DNA from: Styela clava
Lineage: Eukaryota
Direction of reading: 5' to 3'
NCBI RefSeq assembly: GCF_964204865.1
Contig: NC_135259.1
Span: 2,170,001-2,234,000 of the forward strand
Length of the DNA stretch: 64,000 nucleotides
The position numbers and the translations under genes were made by a program. Under the pieces are notes generated by a model, which saw only the letters and a program-made list of their open reading frames with translations, did no database searches and was not told the DNA's origin. Positions 36,801-50,352 of the stretch are shown piece by piece; position 1 is the stretch's first letter, and every line of letters begins with the position of its first letter.

Positions 36801-37644
36801 AATAAATGATAAAAGCCGATGTTCATTTTGAGACAACACATTGTAAAACTGTAAAAAATGAATTGTAAACAACACATTTTTGCTAAACAAATGGTTTTTG
36901 TATAAATATTAGATATCTTCCCGCAAATTCTACAAACCTTATTGACTCCATCGATATTTATATAAGTTTCTGTTTCTGCATATCGTTTTCACCCTCAACC
37001 CGCCAAGAATCAGAAACTGTTTTATGTCTCTCTCTACTTTTTCCATTTCTTAACATTGATTGGATTTTTATTTTTATCAATTCTTAAATGTATTCGTTAT
37101 TTAATTTAAATCTGGCAGTAGATCTGTAGATCATTTGATTATTCATATGTGAACTTTATTATGATTGAAAGAATACTAATAATTTCAATTTTTATCGGTA
37201 AGAAACTTTTTGCTTCTGTTAATAGAAAACTTGCGTGGGTAATCTCATTACCAATTTTTTATATCGTAATTAACAATGTTACACCCAAACCAGTCCGATT
37301 TACTGCCTATATGAAATCACGCTATAAATTCAACCAAATTATTTTGTGCTATTGTCCTAATAGTGATGCAGCGTCATACAATCGAAAATGCTTTGTTTTA
37401 TCAAAATCACATATTTGTGCCTAAAGCATTTTTTGTTACAAGTATGATATATGGCGTATTGTATGAGCTCCTGCATATTTTCTCTGTTTTAGATAAAGTT
37501 CATTTGCTAAATTTATTAATCGTCAATCTACCAAAATACTATTATTGCCCTCCTGCGCAGGGAAGGCCACGGTTATTAGCGATACGACCGATTTTCTCGA
37601 AATTAAATACTTAACGACTAATATATATTTTCGTTTATTTTTAG

Positions 37645-40600
37645 GTATTGCCAGAGCAAACTTGGAAGTTTCGGGTAAGTGATTATAATTTACCCTGAAA
37701 GACCATATAGATATGCGCTGCGGGTACTATTACTCATCCTTCTTCTATGTGCCTGTAGATTCGTATACATATAATAAAAGGAAACTATTTATAGCAAGAT
37801 TAGAGATAACTATTCTAACTGTTTTCTGACTATAGTTAAATTATGTATGTCTGAGGAAGTTACAGAAACGTTACAGTAATATATTTGTGTTAGTGTTAAA
37901 TCATTTAGAAGCAACTTTTGAATACATGACTAGAAAATTAGATGGTAGATGTAGAGAGCCTTCTTCATCAATTTTTTTCGATGTGAAACGTTTACATGCC
38001 AAACTTTTATATTGTACCAATTTACCAAATCGTGTATGTTTTTGTTTTTGTTAATTTATTAAATATTTTAGATATATGTGTGGTTTTTATGTGATATTGA
38101 TCGAGACAGTACATACCTTCACTTCTGATTACGCATAACAACTTGATGCAAATCTGTTGTTTAAAATATTCCGAAAAAATCGCTTCTAAATTAAAAAATT
38201 CCGAGTTTTTGTAAATTTTCTCTAATTGTTTTTATTAAGACATTCGATTAACTGGTGGAAAAACCGAAAATCAAGGTTTTGTAGAAATTCTTTCTGGCGG
38301 AAGATGGGGTAGAATATGCGTCGACGACTGGGGAATCGAGGAGAGTGCAGTTGTCTGTCGCATGCTAAATTTTAATCGATTTGCTAACCTTTCCGTCGAT
38401 GCAACCGATCCTGGGACGCCTTTTGTTTATACCAATGGTTTGCAGTGTGTGGGTACGGAGACAAGACTGACCGATTGTACCATAGATTTATTAAAAACTT
38501 CTAGTTGCTCGATTGCAATAGTCAAGGTGTTTTGCTCAGGTGAGGTATTATAGTTTTAGCTGAATGACATAATAGAATACGTTTTAGCTGATTTAACGTA
38601 ATAGAATACAGGAAGTTAGGAATGAATCATTTGCCTTTCTAATCCTATCGTTCAGCGTTGAATAATAACAACAACACAACACGCAAATCCAAATCCCAGC
38701 GGAAAAAGCTGGTGAAAAAATAAACGAGAATATCAGTGTGAATTCTGGCTATTGCACATGACAGAATGTTGCAAGGTTATACGTATGGAGTTTTTTTCCT
38801 AAAAATGTAAAATCGTGCAATAATATTCTCCTGAAGAATTCACGGATGTGGAAAGCCTACGGATGTGAAAGCATTGCATCATGTTATAGTCATATCGTTT
38901 CAAAAGATTGCTATGTTTAATAGTAACACGTTTTTAAATTTTAGAAATAGAGGATGTTCGTTTGTCTGGCGGATACAAACCAAACCAGGGTTATGTTGAG
39001 GTTAAATCAGAGGGCAAATGGGGACAACTTTGTTCCGCAAACTGGGGAGACAATGAAACAGAAGCAGTTTGTCGCCAGGTCGGATTTCAGCGAATTGGGA
39101 AGTCTCTTAAAGCAAAAATACTGACAAAATCAATATTACCTATTTTTTTAAACAACATTACATGTGCCGGTGACGAAACGGAACTTAGATTTTGTAATCA
39201 TGGATTACTTGGCGAATCCAACTGCACGAACAAGGAAAATGTAACTATTGTATGTTCGGGTGGGTATTTAATATAAATATAAAAATATTTCAATAACTTT
39301 TTTCAATATTTTGTAGCACAAAATTGATGCGATTGCGACATAATATGATAATGACGTAGAAAAAATTTCTGCTTGTTAGAAACATTCTACTCACTAAATG
39401 GGTAATCTTATATGAACCACACAAGTCAATTATCTTCGCCGGAATTCGAAACCCTTGAGCATACGACTCAGTTGCATATTTGAAGGGCATTAAAGTATTG
39501 GTTGTCTTTTTTTGACTTCAGTTAGAAATTAGCTAAAATTCCAACTGATTCCTATGACTGTCGTTACATTGCGAAGTGTAAAAACACATCGCCAATTTTT
39601 TTCGTGGGCATAGGGTCGACTGATTTTTTTTCTATTCTAGAAATTGAAAACGTGCGATTGTCTGGAGGAGACAAAATCAATCAAGGATACGTTGAAGTTC
39701 AATCTGCTGGAGAATGGGGGAAAATTTGCAGCAAGAAGTGGAGTGCAAAAGAAACAAAAGCTGTTTGTCGACACCTCGGATACGAGAGAATTGCATTCAT
39801 CCACGCTATTACAGTAGATCAACCTGCATCTCCGGGTTTCTTAGATAACTTAGAATGCGCTGGAAACGAAACAAATTTGAGGGATTGTCAACATCAATCA
39901 ATTGGGTTTTCTAATTGTAGCGAAAACAAAGAAAATGTGACTATTGTTTGTTCCGGTAAGTATTCATTAAAACATTTTTACTATATTTATTTCTACAGTT
40001 GGATACACTCAAAAAAATTGAATTACGATTTATTGCTTATTTTCTATTTCACAGAGATTGAGGCAGTGCGGCTCAGAGGAGGTCGATCAAGAAATCAGGG
40101 ATTTGTGGAAATACTGTCGGAAGGGGAATGGGGATTGGTGTGCGACAATGATTGGGGGATGTTAAATAAGGAAGTGGTTTGTCGTCAACTTGGTTATTAC
40201 AGAGTGTCCTTACTACCAGTGGCAGCTACTCAACCAAATTCATCCGTATTCTTGGACAACATATCATGTACAGGGAAAGAGAATCATCTTAGAAACTGCA
40301 CGCACGGAAAACTCACTACGTCAAGCGACTGTACTAACAAGCAGTGGGCAAAAATTGTATGTACAGGTACAAGCTTTTTACTGATCACAACAACATTTAT
40401 TAATGGTAGCCTCGATTTTTCTTATTAGATCATACAGCTGACGATTAGACTTCTATGACGAGATGAATGCCTCAATGTTATTAAATTAAATTATTTGATT
40501 TAAAATTATTTGGTTCTATAAGTCTGAATGTTTTCAATGCCACAAATTTAACTAAAATTCTTATGCTCATCAGATTCGATCAGCGCTGGACCCGGCGTTG

Positions 40601-43600
40601 CACACTTGAAATATCTAAGTTATGAAACAAATGAGACATACAACTTCGTATGCAGAGACGCAAACAACTCACGTTATGTTCGTTCAAATGAGACGTGTGA
40701 TAATTCAGGTAAGAATTATGACGAATTGGTGAGGGACTAAAAAAAGACAATGCCAAGCACAAGTATTCAAGCAAGAGCGTAGCAAGACAGCACTCAAATT
40801 TTTTTTTGTATAATGACCTAATACGACGCTCACTCGTGCCTTTTGTTCCTAGCAAAGCCAGTTAAAAGTGGCCACTCATATCTAACAATAATACCAACGA
40901 GAATATGGGTCAGAGACCGAATACTTATCGATCGAAAGTAAGGGGATCCCCCAAAACAACGCTCTTACTCCATAGTGACATCTTGTGTCCCATCACTAAT
41001 TATACGACATAATTCATCCAAAATCAATAGGCTTCTGATCCGAGATATGATGAATGCATATGCAAAATTTGGAGCGGATTCATTTTCGCTTTCGTGAGAT
41101 ATCGCCTGTATCTAACAGACAAACAAACAAACGAACAAATAAACAAACAAACAAACAAACAGACAATTACCTATCAACATACTTACCGATCTTAAGATCG
41201 ATAAGTAATAAGATTCGCTCTACAAACAGAGCGACGAAGCGCGCATTTTCATCTATCTCGTTTGGTCCATCTGGTTAAAGGATTATTGATAGCAAGCCAG
41301 GACCGCCCGGTTTTCGTTAAATCGTTCAAGAACAGACCAAATTGAAAAAGTCGTATGAATTTATGGAGGGGGGGTGACATGGCCCCTCAGGTACCTAACC
41401 CCTACCCCTTGCTACGCCTATGTATTCAAGAAATATTCTAATTGATGTATAATACATTAACATACTATTAACATATTGTTATATGATTCACCCAAATTTT
41501 TATTTTTAGCACATTGATTGCAGGCTGGTATCGATAAATTTATTACTCATTTTGCATTACCTGATCCCATCAGTCCACACAGCAGTATTGGGTTGACATT
41601 GTGTTATTTTGGATTGTCTCCCAACTTGTCTAATATGTCAAGCCACTCTTGTACGAACCCCCTTTTCAGATTTCTGGGCGTGTTCCACAGTTTTCCAGAT
41701 TAAAAAGATTAGAAATATTCTGATCCTGATTGAATACTGCCTCATTATTGGATTTATTAGATTAACCCAGATATCGTTAATTCAGGTTCTGATTTGTTAA
41801 TTGTGGTAACCGAGAAGTCCTAATATTCTGCCACAAATCGCTGTGGAAAGTCAAATGATTACTTTATGCGTAGAAAAATATTTTTGTAAAGGTTGACATG
41901 TATGATCGTATATCGTAACCACAAAATCATTTATCTATATTTGCAAAGGCAACGACAGTACGCAGGGACACGGTTCGTATGAGGACCAGGACGCATCATA
42001 TGCAGATGCTGAAGTGATGGCCTAAATCTTGTTTTACCTCGATATAATATTCCTGTGAAAATAGTATAATAATACCAATAGATTTATTAAATAGACGACT
42101 AATGAAGCAACCGAATAGCTATAAATAAATTCTGAATTCATGTGGACAAATATTTCTCATTTCAAATATTTATTTCAGAACTGGCTTCATCGATAGAATG
42201 CAAATCGACAATTATATCGGATGGCGTTGACATTGATTTTGATTACTCAACATACGTGGAATTTAATTGCAATTCTACATTCAATTCTCTCTTGGAGGAG
42301 GTATGTAAATAGGCTATACTGAAATCTCATATTAGCAAATTAATAAATATTTACGTATAATGACGATGATTGCTGCTTTCAGGTGGCTAGTGCCGAAATT
42401 AAAACTAACAAAGCAAAAGCTATTTTGGGTGATTTGAGTGCAATATCTGCAAATATGTCTACATCCAACCAAGAAAATGAAACTGATATTCAAATGGTTG
42501 TAGATATCGTCAGTAATTTACAGAAAGGAGTCAGTCAAGGCGACGCAACGGCAAGTTTCTATATTGTCTGTCAGTACGTCTTATCATTTTTGATCCAACA
42601 ACAAATTCTCTATTTCCGTTTGTTACTTCATTGATTTTGTTATGAAAGTAAATTTAAATCCGTATTTTAGGTAGAAAAATCTGGAATGACATTCTTGGTG
42701 TGGTCAACTGATCAGTTTCATACTGCAGTCACAGCCGAACTTGATGGAAAATCGAACAAGCCAAACGATAGTACGATAACAGTGTTTACAACAGCGGTTG
42801 AGGACTTTTCGAATAATTTAAATGTAGATTCTGAAGAAGGAAAAATGATTGTCGAAACTTATTCTTCTGTGTTCGAGGTTTGCCTTGATTAGTTTACAAT
42901 TTGATACTTTAAACTAAAAATTCGACGGTCGCTATATTTTCAAATGAAGTTTCAAGATATCTCTGTAAAACTAACTACGATAAATGCGCAAAAAATCATA
43001 GTGAGGCTAGTTTAATACTTTTATTATATATCTCTCTCTAATAATGAGTTTGCACAGAATGTCGAAGAAAAATTAAATATTGAATATCCACCGTATTAAA
43101 ATGATTTAATTGTGGAGTTATTATCGAGCAACAACTATAATGTTCTAACCTATTCAAGCCAGGCTGTAAGCTTAAAACCTGCACCTTGAGTTTTCAAGTA
43201 TGAAAATTACAAAAATACAAATGATAAGTCTAAACTAGAATGTTATGAAATTATTTACCATTCATTATTCGTTGTCGTGGAAACAAAAGTTTCTTGATAA
43301 ATAGCTGTTATTAATTATTTGCTCTGATTTTACAGGCAACAGAAGTAAATGGAACAAATATTCAAAACGTAACTTTTCAGCATACTAACGTTACTAAGTC
43401 ACAGTTAGTTACAGCCGAAATTCCAGCATCTGCGTTTACAAATGCCACAGACAACAACACCATTTCAAATAAAGTTGCTTCATTTTATTTGCACAGAGAT
43501 TCAGCATTGTATCCGAATCCAAAAGTGGAAAACACCAAAATTTCGAAGGCTAGTTAGAAGTCTAAATTTATATAATAAAAAGTATAAATAATGCTATTTT

Positions 43601-46600
43601 TAGATACACTTTAATTAGCAACCATCAATATAAATACAATCTTTGAAAAGAGCATAATTCATCTTATTATTTCTAGCATTTCAATATTTTACTGCAAATA
43701 ACCCTCGTGTAGATTATAAGCGACTTAGTACTTATGATGAGGCTCTACAAGAAGCCTATAACTGGTGACACTTCGCGCTATTAACTTCCTTTTATGTATA
43801 ACCTGCCAGGTTTCTCGATGTTAACAACTCCACAATTTGAATATGATTGAAATCTATTGCAGTCACGTGAAATACGAAATTGTGTGGTGATAAAACCCAA
43901 AATGATTCCAGTATTGTAGAAACACAAATGATCACAGTATTGTAGATTGTAGAATGTAGAGGTCCAAATATTTAATTGATTACAATACTATTGAGATCAA
44001 ATGATCATTGTCGAGACGCAACGATCAACTATGATCATTGTAGAATACGAATGATCAATTGTTGATGTGATGAGGTCGAATGATCAATTGTTGAGGTGTT
44101 GAGGTCGAAATGATCATTGTAGAATACGAATGATCAATTGTAGAGGTGTTGAGGTCGAATGATCAATTGTTGAGGGTTGCTAAAGTTTACGACCAACCCA
44201 ACAGGCAGGTTAACTACATACTTAATTCTAGATTATGCAAACAATAGCAACATTAAAATACAAGGTATGCAAAATGAATCAAACCCTGTTATTAAACTGA
44301 GAAACAAGCAAACAAATGTGCTCATTGCGACAAATAAATTAGCACTACTTAAACGGCAAACTCCTAACACGAAATAAATTGTAAACAGCCGAATGGCAGT
44401 GATTCGAAATAATAAGCAAACAAAAACGAGAGAAGAGGAAAAGACCGATAACAGACTTTGTTTACGCCAACATGCTCATTCCTGCCCACCAACAGATGGT
44501 GAAATCGCTTTGAAGGGAGTAATTTCGTGAACGGTCATTCGACAAAGTGCAATGACCAATATATCTCGAGATAACCCCGGGTCAAATATATACAAAATAA
44601 AACAAAGAAACTTTGTCTGTAACACCTCGTTATCAATATTCTACAGGTTCTCAGTGTGAAAGTTGCTGGGATAACTTTGACAAATCTTACTGAGTCAATC
44701 AAATTGGGATTCGGGTATGAAGAGGATATTATTGAGAAGTTCCCAGATTTTAAAAAGGCTAAAGTAAGTACAATAAATTTATAGTTTTCTGCTCATACTT
44801 GATATTGTGTCGTCTAAGTATCGTTATAGACAAATATGATTCATAATTGCTGAATTTCATTTTATTTCTTACATTTCAACTAAGATTCAACTCACACTAT
44901 TTATCTTTCTCTCCTCATATTATTTTTTTATTTCAATATAGGTTATTCACTTTGAAAAATGTGCTTATCTAAACACGAGTACTAATGAATGGGAAACGTA
45001 TGGATGTAGAATAGAATTAAACGAAGACAGAGTGACGAGGTGCTTTTGCGATCACGCTACAAGTTTTGCGGTTCTTGTGGTAATATGTTTGTTTATATAC
45101 ATTAAACATGAAGGATGTTTAATTTCTCCTAGTTGTAAATGAATGCACCTTAATTATATTTTCAGCAAACATACAAAGTACCAGTTGCATTCGAACTACA
45201 AATTGTTGGATATATAGGATGCGTTTCATCTATTGTTGGTCTGTTCTTTTTCCTTCTAATTTATGGATTATTCAGGTAAGATACCTGCATTTACAAATCT
45301 GAGCATAATAATGCGGATATATATATCTGAAGTATGTGCACAGAAAGAATGTTTCGTTAGCTATATGCATTGCATGTGCCGTACACGAAGGGTACAAATA
45401 TGCGCCAAATGAAAATTTATGAGCATATAGCAAATGGAACAATAATAATAATTGAATTCTGAAATAAAGCGATTTTATTTCCTCATTTTTGAGGTAATTT
45501 TGGTGCATTTATACAATGACACATCATCGATCACGCACATCTAAAAATAAATACGTTAATTTGATGACTAATTAGATAATTAAACGTTTTTTTCACATTT
45601 TCGGCAGCAATGCTGTTTTGTAATGTTCATAATTTATGCTGTTATTCCGATGTCCACATTTTATTCGATTATCATCTTCCTTGATATATGTTTTACCATA
45701 TTTGATCAATTAAACGTTTGAAATTTGATGTGTTATAGAAATTATATTTTGTTTTTAACTCATTGATCCACATTGTGTATGTTGCATGTTCAATTAAACA
45801 CGACATGCAAATTTTAATTTTGCAGAGACTTGCGTTCAGGACAAATAAATCAAATACACATGCATATGGGATTCTGTCTTTTAGCAATGTATATTGCTTT
45901 TCTGGTTGGAATTGAGAGAAATAAAAATTATATTGCATGCATGTCCGTGGCTGCATTTCTTCAGTTTACGCTTCTCTCCGTGTGGGGTTGGATGCTTGCT
46001 GAAAATATTACAATGTGCAGGTGAGTTAGAACCTCGAAACAATTATGATAGCTTCAAAATTTTTTAATTCTTGCAAATATACTCCTTGACTCATTTGTAA
46101 GCCAATTCAAAGTATAATTCATGGTGCTCCAGAAGTATGTGCACCAAGATGGCGGACACCGGAACGTAGTCTGTGTTTTAGGTTAGACCATAATTTTATT
46201 CCTATTTACGTTATTTTGTTCTATTACGAGTTCGGGGACTAGCCAAGTGACTCCCGTATTATTTGTATCTGAAATTGCAGCCTAACCCTAATACGTTCCG
46301 GTGTCCGCCATCTTGGTGCACATATCTCTGAAGTACCTAATTCATTATCATATATTTTCTTACTATTAAGGCGGTTCGGAATATTATACGCATTACAATT
46401 TTAATCGCTATTTTTAATATCACTCAGGAAATTCTTTACCATGAACTCCAAGTGTGGACCAAAGTATACTCTGAAATTTGCTGTAGTAATCTACGTTGTA
46501 TGCGCAGCTGCAGCTTCCATTAATGCTGGGGTTATATCTATGAAAGACAAAAATCGCTGGGATCAATGGAAATTAGTACAAGAAAATGGTGAGGTTCCAA

Positions 46601-48326
46601 GAGTAATTTTAAGCAATTATTGTAAAAATAGTCTTATGACTTTATATTAGTGGAGGTCAGATTTTACTATTCCTCGGCACCTGGATCCAAATTCATAAGC
46701 AAACATCTTCTTGGAAATGCAAGCGATATCAACACACTGCTTCTTACAATACCGATTTTTGCCGCCGGAATGCCTCTTAGAATATATTGAATGGATTTAA
46801 CTCCGCAATGTAATGGTACATATTTTATTAAATTTGAATAGCAGGGGATTGTTAAGAATCAGAACGAAAAAAGAGGCGGGCATAATTGGCTTCCGAACTG
46901 CGCTTAAATAATATTAAAAAGTCTGTTTCTCGCACATATCCCAGAGATCCATGTAATTAATTATTAAATTCACATAAAAAATGTCGTATTCGGGATTAGA
47001 TTTATATTCTCATTACCATTGCTTAGTAAAATCAGCAACTAGTGCTTTCCTTTAGTTCGTTTTCGTTGCTAATCTGTTATGTTTCCTGTGTATTATAGGA
47101 ACAAGATTCAGGCCTTCAGAATACATCGGAGATACTCTGTGCTGGTTACATGGCTATTCTTTGTACTTTGGATTTCTTACACCTATCGGAATAGTTTTGG
47201 TAATCAATATGATTGGGTGTGTTGCTATTGCGCGGAAAATCGCAATGAGCGGATCCAAGGTATGAAATATGATTCGATTCAGCATATAGCTGGGCGCTTT
47301 TTTTATTTATCATATTCCCATCAGACCTTGCTTATCATATGTTATTTTTCTACTCTGATGGTTCATTTTCACTCCACAATATTTTCATATCAAATTCAAA
47401 ACTTAACACAACAAGTATGCTTAGCTTTACGACTTGTAAAATATATGAAGGCATTTACATAAAAATCATTGATTATCATTTGAATTTTGTTCTAGGAAGC
47501 CACCATTTGCAGTAACTTATTCGCACTAACGATTAAATGAATGAATAAAATGAAAACTTATTTACCATTCAAGGTCCGCTCAAAGAAAACCGAGGTTTCA
47601 GAGCATATTTTTCGAACGGTGATGGTTGGTGTACTTCTTGGAGTAACTTGGGTATTTGCGATTCCACTGACATTGACCCACGATGAAATCGTTAACGGAA
47701 TTTTTGGATGGCTTTTCAATATCTTCAATGCCTTTCAGGTGACCAGTGACTGTTTCGTGATACACGATTTGATTCAATACCTCATTATTTGCTGAATTTT
47801 TTTTTATCATGATCCTATTTTACTGTGGCACCATGTACATGGGTGTTTAGGAGGCCATTGGATTTTAATTTTAAGTACTATTTTTGTTTATCCTATTTGT
47901 AAACTATATTGTGAAAGATGGCACAGTTAATGAATACGAGAAATTCAAGACGTTTTTAAATTCTGCAAATTCATTTCTTGGTTAACAACATTTTTCAATT
48001 AACCCTCCTTACTGTTTTAGAGTAATCATAACACAGAAACTTATTTTTTTTTCGTTACCTCTGTTTTAAAGGGCCTGGTCATTTTCTTACTTCTATGTGT
48101 TAAACGCAAAGATGTTCGAGATATGTGGGTTGGAAAATTGAGGGAAATGCTGGGCAAAAGGGAAACAAAGAAACAGCCCACTTCAGCAGTATCTAACACA
48201 GCAACAACGTCGCTTACTGGTCGTATAACGGGTACATCAGTAATACAGCAGGATGTCGTATCACATGCTGTAGAATATTACGAGAATTTAGAACAAAACA
48301 ACAATGATGAACCTGTGGGCCAATAA
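37645..48326 (+). CDS. Adhesion GPCR with four SRCR domains, GAIN/GPS and secretin-like 7TM (start exon not located)
   Basis: Exons: 37645-37674; SRCR 38240-38539, 38945-39259, 39641-39955, 40055-40366; 42179-42300, 42383-42550, 42671-42877, 43336-43548, 44647-44763; GPS 44942-45079 (CAYLN..WETYGC..CFCDHATSFAVLV); TM exons 45166-45275, 45826-46020, 46428-46588, 47099-47259, 47574-47738, 48072-48326 (LLGVTWVF, FNIFNAFQG). Phases are consistent. Confidence 0.9.
40897..41211. mobile_element. Interspersed ~300-bp repeat (SINE/MITE-like), copy 2
   Basis: Matches 14016-14322; (AAAC)n tract. Confidence 0.75.
43900..44176. repeat. Degenerate minisatellite (AATGATCAATTGT..GAGGTCG units)
   Basis: Repeated ATGATCA(A)TTGT motifs with variable spacers in an intron. 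Confidence 0.7.
46122..46336. mobile_element. Palindromic MITE (GGTGCTCC family)
   Basis: ~45-bp TIRs GGTGCTCCAGAAGTATGTGCACCAAGATGGCGGACACCGGAACG. Confidence 0.8.
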
Positions 48327-50352
48327 GATTTCTGTCTCCCAGTGACTGATATTTGTTCTGAGGTCATATTACAGGCAGTTTTGACATTTTAGGATTGGTG
48401 ATACAAATCATGTATTTTCAAAATAGAGAAAACTCAAAACCTTTGACTCCCCACAGCATGTATTCAGCACATGATGATCTCACATGTATGGTCTTAGGTT
48501 TCTAGCAAGGTATTATTTTGACCTAATAGGGAGCTACTATTTTCCTGCATTTTTTTTTTGTTTACTATATAATATATATATATAATGTGTTTGTTTTAGA
48601 ATGGGAGGATTTCACGATCTTTGTGGATCGAAAGAGATAAAACAGGGGGTGAAAAATCCGAAGGCGATTACGCATTTTCGATAAGTCAAATTTTGTTAAA
48701 TCTAATTTAATGCAAGTTATCTGGCATTTTCGACAAAATAGAACTGTTGATTCTTTCATTTCTAACATATTTTTTGGTAGAAATGTCGTAAAGTTAAAAA
48801 ATGACGAAGATTTGAAATTGTACTCGAGACTAAAAGATTTTTAAATAATTATAAAAAAATTTGTTGCAATTGCAACTCTTCAATCTATCAAAAACATCAT
48901 GTACTATGATTAGTTTATTTGTCGAATTGATTTGTAATAAATTTGATTATACCTTCATGTTTTAATGTAATGCCAAGTAGGCGGTGGAAACGTAAAAAGT
49001 ACTGTAAGGAGGCGAGGGTACAAAAAATTGGGAACCTCTGGGGTAAATCATGAGCAAATTGTCCGAGATTCTCAAAAATCACTTTCCCAGTTCTTGATGT
49101 GGTTGTGGTTGTGGTTGAAAATGTAATATACTCGGCCGCACACTATCCAAGGATGAAGGAATATCGCGTATGGTTAATCAACGCAAATAATCGAAATGTA
49201 AACCGATAGAACAGACGTAATGTACGTAATAGGTAAGTTATGAAAAATATTCTGACATATTCATACAAAGTGATTCTCTACTACATCTACTCATTAGAGC
49301 TTTTAGAGAGTAAATTTAAAATCTTCAGATCTTACTGTCATTTGTCAACATGCTTTCAAGTGCTAGGACCGATTGTAGGTCCTTCCCTCTCAAATGATTG
49401 CTCATTCTATTTTGTTTTTGTAATCTGCAAATATCGGGAGTTATACGGAGTTGGTTTTACTGTTATAGTTGGTGCGACATGTCTTCTTGCTCAGTAATAC
49501 TCTGAATTTATCCTACTTTAGTGTCATTATCTCAAATTCCTCAATGACATTACAAGTTACTCGATTGTATCAGTCGAAAATACATTCAATGTACCAGTAT
49601 ATATTTATTCATGAGCATCTTGAATCTAATGCATTTTTAATGTCAGGGGTCCTCAATATACATAACAGCCGCTCAGAACCTTTCTCGGAACAACAGTGTG
49701 AATAGTCTCAAGAAAAACTATTACACAATATTAGAATAATCGAATTATACTGTGAAAGCTGTACGCCAATTTAACCTTTGTAATCCGCGCGCTTATTTTT
49801 ACAAAGTGTGTAAAAACTTGCAAGAGACACCGGTAATCCGTACATAAGTATTGGCGAATACTTATCATTTTCATTCATATATTAGAAAGTACATTCAAAT
49901 TCTGCGTGATGGAAACATTCGAAACGTAATACGAAAGTATACATACTTTGCACCTACTAGTTGTGCATGCACTCACTAAAGACGAAGCCCGGCAGAATTC
50001 ACTCAATAAATTTAACTATGTATTACCTATTATTCAGCTATCATTTCTGAACTTGATTTATATCAAAACAGAACGTGTAATATTTTTCGAATAGTTTAAA
50101 AGTCACATAAGTTATCGCACAAAAAACTTAGGTCAAGTCCTAACTCACAATATTGATAGTAAGTAAAAAGCATATGCAATGAACAAGCTGAAACGATTCA
50201 ATGTCTTGTTAATTAGAAAAACAAGGTAGGACATGCATTATTTATAATCTGCTGTTTGTGTTAAATCCCTATTGACTATGCGAAGCCTTGATTCTCTTAA
50301 CACAGCAATTGTAAAGTGACGTTGAGTTGTATCGTTCCCTGCGTTGGAATAC

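Noticed and set aside
43900-44176. Repeat-spacer-like pattern resembling a CRISPR array
   Set aside because: It lies in a eukaryotic intron, the units are degenerate with non-unique spacers, and there are no cas genes. It is a minisatellite.
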